Positions 59,519 to 64,000 of a DNA stretch of 64,000 nt are shown piece by piece; position 1 is the first letter of the stretch, and every line of letters starts with the position of its first letter. This DNA is from Candidatus Oxydemutatoraceae bacterium (lineage in GTDB: Bacteria; Pseudomonadota; Gammaproteobacteria; Poriferisulfidales; Oxydemutatoraceae), in NCBI GenBank assembly GCA_965220085.1, contig CBDCOZ010000003.1:480001-544000 (forward strand). Reading direction: 5' to 3'. The notes under the pieces were generated by a model. It was not told the origin of the DNA. It saw only the letters and a list, made by a program, of their open reading frames with translations, and did no database searches. The translations under genes were made by a program, and so were the position numbers.

Positions 59519-61375
59519 TTATCTCTCGGCGGCGAGGTCTTTCTCCACGGCGGCAAGAAAGGTCGCATCCAACTCGTGGCTGTTGCGCTTGCCGATGTCT
59601 TGTTGCAGCAACGCTTTGACTTCGGCAGCGCTCAGCCGTTCGGGGTCCTGCAGAGCGCCCCACGTCACTCCCGCCTCCGACAGTGATTTGGCGCCAAACC
59701 CTTCTTCCAGCAACGCATAGGCAAAGTTTCGATGCTGTTGAAAGCGCGGATTTACGTATTCGGCAATCAAGCCTTGCCCCGACTCGGTCTTGGAAAAGGC
59801 GGTCGAGTATGCCGCCATCCCGTGTGCGGTGCCGCAGGCAACCTGATCCGGCAGCGACAGATTGCCGACCAAGTACAGAGGCCCGTCGGCAAAAATGATC
59901 GCATCACGCTCGCAGTCTTCGCAGACTTTCCCCCAGTCAATCGCCGCGCGCGGCGGCAATGCCTCTTTGTCAGGGCGCATGCGGAGGATGAGGTCATAGT
60001 CTTTGCCGCTTTCCAGCGCCAGCCGATACGCTTGTTCCGTTTTGTAATACATCTTTTTCGGGTTATTAAATTCGCAAAACGGCGCCGCCGCATCGTCCTC
60101 TGCGACCACCGCATCGGTGCGATAGAAGCGTTGTAATTCCGCTTGCGTGACACAGTCGCCGCCGGCGGTGAAAAAACGAAAGAATCCGGGGTAAGCGCGC
60201 TCTAAATCCCGCGCCCCGTGCTGTCTCAGGGCGTCGGCATACGCATCGCAAAAAGCGTCCGTAAAGAGCCGTTGAAGATGACCCTTGCTGGGTATCAGGG
60301 GAATCTTGCGGCCAATCCGCCGCCAGACATGGACGAAATAATCCGCATCGTGACGTTCCAGCCCCAAGTGATGCCAACTCGCAAATACCTGTCGGTAGCC
60401 GCGCAACTGGCCTGAGATGCACACCGCGATGCGCAGTTTGCGCTTCGGGCGCACGGCGTTGCCGCGGGTTACGGCTTGTTTGGTCATCGGCAACAACACA
60501 TGGCGCAGTTTGTTCAGCAAACCATAGTCGATGCCCGCGAGCACAATTCCCAACTTGTTGCGGCTTGCTTCGGGCAATGTGTTCAGCATGGCGGGGTTCG
60601 CGGTCGCCGCGCGCGCATACGCGCGAAAGGAGGCTATGGTTTTGGCATGAAACGGATGATTACAAAACAGCCACCCGAGCCTGGCAAGTTCCAGCAGCAA
60701 TAAGCTCTCAACCTGCGATGCGGTCGGTTCTTCGTCAACAAAACCCATGGCCAGCCCAAACCAGAATACATTGTCATCGTCCTGCGGCATCTCAAGCCAG
60801 ATTTGTCGCAACTGCGAGCGGAAGGGAGCGTGTTTGTGGGGTTTCTGAGACAGGTTCACTTTGCCGTGGTCTGAAAACAGCGCGTGATACAACACACGGT
60901 TTTCTGCGGCGGACTCCATCAGTGCGCGGGCTAATTCATGGAACAGTCGCTCTTGCAATACCGGAGTGATGGCATGATTGGCAATAATCATTGCCCCTTC
61001 CTTGCAAGCGTTGTAATCGAGCTTCCCGTGTTCCTCGGCCTGCTTCAGCAATCGCTTGGCCGTATCGTTCTCACGCCGGCAGTGTGCCAGAGCCTTTTCT
61101 CCTTCGGCGGAACCCGTCAGTTTTGTCGGTTCGCCGCGGCGCACTTTGGCCCATAGCGCGCAGGCGGCGTCCCACTGTTGCCGTTCTATCGCCTGGCATA
61201 TTTTCTGAACATGCTTATTGTTTGCAATCGCTTGCTGTATTTGGTGGAGCCGATTTTGGCCGACTATCGGCTGCAGGAGCCGTCTGATTTGTTTGATACG
61301 CCGCTTCGGTTCGAGTATCCGACCGGCGAGGTTCAAACAATAAACGAGGATGGATTGCATTGCTTTTTCCAGCAT
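59519..61375 (-). CDS. Hypothetical protein with helical N-terminus and putative glycosyltransferase-like C-domain, paralog 1
   Basis: KLRIAVCISGQLRGY, YFVHVW, YDLILRMRPD, DQVACG; adjacent to LPS core genes. Confidence 0.7.
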   Translation of the reverse strand: MLEKAMQSILVYCLNLAGRILEPKRRIKQIRRLLQPIVGQNRLHQIQQAIANNKHVQKICQAIERQQWDAACALWAKVRRGEPTKLTGSAEGEKALAHCRRENDTAKRLLKQAEEHGKLDYNACKEGAMIIANHAITPVLQERLFHELARALMESAAENRVLYHALFSDHGKVNLSQKPHKHAPFRSQLRQIWLEMPQDDDNVFWFGLAMGFVDEEPTASQVESLLLLELARLGWLFCNHPFHAKTIASFRAYARAATANPAMLNTLPEASRNKLGIVLAGIDYGLLNKLRHVLLPMTKQAVTRGNAVRPKRKLRIAVCISGQLRGYRQVFASWHHLGLERHDADYFVHVWRRIGRKIPLIPSKGHLQRLFTDAFCDAYADALRQHGARDLERAYPGFFRFFTAGGDCVTQAELQRFYRTDAVVAEDDAAAPFCEFNNPKKMYYKTEQAYRLALESGKDYDLILRMRPDKEALPPRAAIDWGKVCEDCERDAIIFADGPLYLVGNLSLPDQVACGTAHGMAAYSTAFSKTESGQGLIAEYVNPRFQQHRNFAYALLEEGFGAKSLSEAGVTWGALQDPERLSAAEVKALLQQDIGKRNSHELDATFLAAVEKDLAAER

Positions 61376-61611
61376 GGAGCTATTATAAACGGCATGCTCT
61401 CACAAAGGGGGAGTGCAGGTAATACTCTCCCCTTGTGAGAGGTGTGTTCGCACCAAGTGTAGAGCCCGAACTGAGTGAAAGGTGATGCAACGGAGAGGGG
61501 GAGGGGGCACTCGCACCAACATCACTCTCCCCTTGCGGGAGAGTCAGCGAGCTTCGTTCGCTGGAGAGGGGGAGCAAAGGAGTGTTACTTGCGTCCCGCA
61601 AGGAGGGAGTG

Positions 61612-63483
61612 TTATTTCTCGGCGGCGAGGTCTTTCTCCGCGGCGGCGAGCAATACCGCATCCGGTTCGTGGCGCTTGCGCTTGCCGATGTCTTGTTGCA
61701 ACAGCGCTTTGATTGCGGAAGCGCTCAGGCGTTCGGGGTCCATGAGAGCGCCACACCTTACCCCTGTTTTTGCCAGTGGCTTGGCATCAAATCCTTCTTC
61801 CATCAGTGCGTAGGCAAAGTTTTGATCCGTGCGAAAGTGCGACCGCAAATGTTCGCTTGCGGTCGGGAGTTGGCTCAAGTTGGTCTTTGTAAAAGCGGTT
61901 GAATAGGCCGCCATCCCGTGTGCGCCGCCGCAGGCAACCTGATCGCCTGCGACCAAGTTCGGAGCCAAGCGCATGCCCCGGTCGGCAAAAACAACCGCGT
62001 TGCGCTCGCAGTTCTCATAGATTGCTCCCCAGTCAATCGTCGCGCGGGACGGCAGCATCGCTTTGTCGGGGCGTATGCGGATGATGAGGTCATAGTCTTT
62101 GCCGCTTGCTAACGCAAGATTGTATGCCTGCTCTGCTTTGTAATACATCTTCCGCCGGTTATCAAACTCGCAAAACGCCGCCGTCGCATCGTCCTCTGTG
62201 ACCACCGCATCGGCGCGGTAGAACTCTTGCAGTTCTGCCTGCGTGACACAAGCGCCGCGGTCGGTGAAAAAGCGAAAGAATCCGGGGTAGGCGCGTTTCA
62301 GCTCAAAGGCGGTGTGTCGTCTCAAGGCGTCGGCATACGCGTCGGAGAATGCGTCTGGGAAAATTTGTCGCAGTCGGTTTTGAACGGGCGCGTACGGAAT
62401 CTTGCAACCGATGCGTTGCCAGACATGGACGAAGTAATCGACATCGCAGTTTTCCAGACCGAGGTGGCGCCAACTGGCAAACGCTTGTCGGTACCCGCGC
62501 AACTGGCCCGAGACGCACACCGCGATGCGCAGTTTGCGTTGCGGGCGCGCGGCGGTGTCGCGGGTCGGCGGTTGTTTGGTTGTCGGCAGCAGGATATGCC
62601 GCAGTTTGTTCGACAGATCGGAGTCCGTGCCCGCGAGCAAAATCCCCAGCTTCCGACGGCTTGCCTCGGGCAGACTGTCCGACACGGGTTTGTCTGTCAG
62701 GTTTTGTGCATACGCACGAAAGGATTCTATGGTTTTAGCGTGGAACGGGTGTTTGCAAAGCATCCATCCGAGCTCCTCAATGTCCGACCGCCGCAGCAGG
62801 TCCTCAGCCTGCGGCGCGGTCAGTTTGTCATCAATAAAGCCGATGGCCAGCCCGAACCGGAATACGTTGTCGTCGTCCCGCGGCAGGTCGTTCCAGACTT
62901 GTCGCAACTGTGAGCGGAAGGCAATGTATTTGTTGGGTTGTTCGTGCCAATTCACTTTGCTATGGCCCGGATACAGCATGTCAAACAGCGCGCGGTTTCC
63001 GACATCGGACTTAATCAGCGCGCGGACTAACCCCCCGAACACCTGATCCGACAATATCGGGATGACGGCATGATGAGCAATAATCTTTGCCGCTGTGACG
63101 CATGCCTCGTGATGCATCGCACCGTGTTTTTTGATCCAGCCCGACAACAGTTTGGCGGCCTTGGCTTCGCGGCGGCAATACCATAAAGCTTTGGCGCCTT
63201 CGGCGCAGCCCATTAACTCTGCGGGTCTTTCGCGCCGCACTTTGGCCCAGAGCTTATAGGCGGCGTCCCAGTCTTGCCGTTCCATCGCTTGGCGGGCCTT
63301 TTGCGCCGGGTCTTGGCCTGTGATCGCCGGGCGTATTTTTTGCATCCGCTTTTGACCGACAACCGTTTGCAGCAGACGCGCAAGAATGCATTTGGCTTGT
63401 CTGATGCGCCGCTTCGGCTTGAGCGCCCGACTGGCGAAGTTTAGACAATAAGCGAGGACAGGTTTCATTGCTTTTTTTAGCAT
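61612..63483 (-). CDS. Paralog 2 of the putative glycosyltransferase-like protein
   Basis: KLRIAVCVSGQLRGY, YDLIIRIRPD; start aligned to paralog 1. Confidence 0.7.
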   Translation of the reverse strand: MLKKAMKPVLAYCLNFASRALKPKRRIRQAKCILARLLQTVVGQKRMQKIRPAITGQDPAQKARQAMERQDWDAAYKLWAKVRRERPAELMGCAEGAKALWYCRREAKAAKLLSGWIKKHGAMHHEACVTAAKIIAHHAVIPILSDQVFGGLVRALIKSDVGNRALFDMLYPGHSKVNWHEQPNKYIAFRSQLRQVWNDLPRDDDNVFRFGLAIGFIDDKLTAPQAEDLLRRSDIEELGWMLCKHPFHAKTIESFRAYAQNLTDKPVSDSLPEASRRKLGILLAGTDSDLSNKLRHILLPTTKQPPTRDTAARPQRKLRIAVCVSGQLRGYRQAFASWRHLGLENCDVDYFVHVWQRIGCKIPYAPVQNRLRQIFPDAFSDAYADALRRHTAFELKRAYPGFFRFFTDRGACVTQAELQEFYRADAVVTEDDATAAFCEFDNRRKMYYKAEQAYNLALASGKDYDLIIRIRPDKAMLPSRATIDWGAIYENCERNAVVFADRGMRLAPNLVAGDQVACGGAHGMAAYSTAFTKTNLSQLPTASEHLRSHFRTDQNFAYALMEEGFDAKPLAKTGVRCGALMDPERLSASAIKALLQQDIGKRKRHEPDAVLLAAAEKDLAAEK

Positions 63484-63675
63484 GGAGTCATTATAAATTG
63501 ATTGCGCCGCTTTTTTCAATCGTGCGGAGCGCTCTGCCCTCGCGAGAGTCCGCGGCTTTGCTCTCCGAAGAGAGGGATGGCAGCGGCGCACAAGAAGCCC
63601 CCTCGCCGCATCGCCCGGCGCCTGCGGTTCGTGCTCCGCGCATAGTGCGAGTAACCCTCCCGCGAGGAGAGAGCG

Positions 63676-64000
63676 CTATCTCTCGGCGGCGAGGTCTTTC
63701 TCCAGCGCGGCGAGAAATACCGCATCCAACTCGTGGCGGTTGCGCTTGCCGATGTCTTGTTGTAGCAACGCTTTGACTTCGGAAGCGCTCAGCCGCGCAG
63801 GGTCCTGCAGACCGCCCAACCTCACTCCCGCCTTTGATAGCGCTCTGGCGCCAAACCCGTCTTCCAGCAACGCATAGGCAAAGTTCCGATGCGGTTGAAA
63901 GCGCTGATTTACGTATTCGGCAATCAAACCTTGCTCCGAGTTGGTCTTGGAAAAAGCGGTCGAGTACGCCGCCATCCCGTGTGCGGCGCCGCAGGCAATC
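63676..64000 (-). CDS. Paralog 3 (3' end only; continues beyond the window)
   Basis: MAAYSTAFSKT...LLQQDIGKRNRHELDAVFLAALEKDLAAER matches the C-termini of paralogs 1 and 2. Confidence 0.8.
   Translation of the reverse strand, partial: IACGAAHGMAAYSTAFSKTNSEQGLIAEYVNQRFQPHRNFAYALLEDGFGARALSKAGVRLGGLQDPARLSASEVKALLQQDIGKRNRHELDAVFLAALEKDLAAER

Overview
Chromosomal window of a probable gammaproteobacterium, inferred from the gene orders zapA/TIGR02449-pepP-ubiH-ubiI, ftsH-glmM-tpiA-secG-tRNA-Leu and ilvE-hldE-waaF. Housekeeping blocks lie at 1-16.3 kb and 51.5-59.3 kb. Between tRNA-Leu(GAG) and tRNA-fMet(CAT) is a ~35 kb accessory region. Its main content is a minus-strand array (18.9-44.9 kb) of 12 predicted secreted proteins from two unrelated families: 5 Cys-rich proteins and 7 modular Ig-like/cadherin-like adhesins. 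All 12 end in essentially the same C-terminal dodecapeptide, LRLRVFLEGPLR*. The peptide is conserved despite many synonymous codon changes and is the best candidate here for an undescribed sorting or docking signal. Two of the adhesin genes have poly-C tracts that put their RBS-supported starts out of frame (possible phase variation). The rest of the accessory region holds duplicated coiled-coil membrane proteins and a small defence-like cluster (SIR2-like, two SNase, lipase_3). The window also shows repeated tandem duplication of gene 3' ends and at least three families of small dispersed repeats. All family assignments come from motif recognition by eye; no database searches were run.
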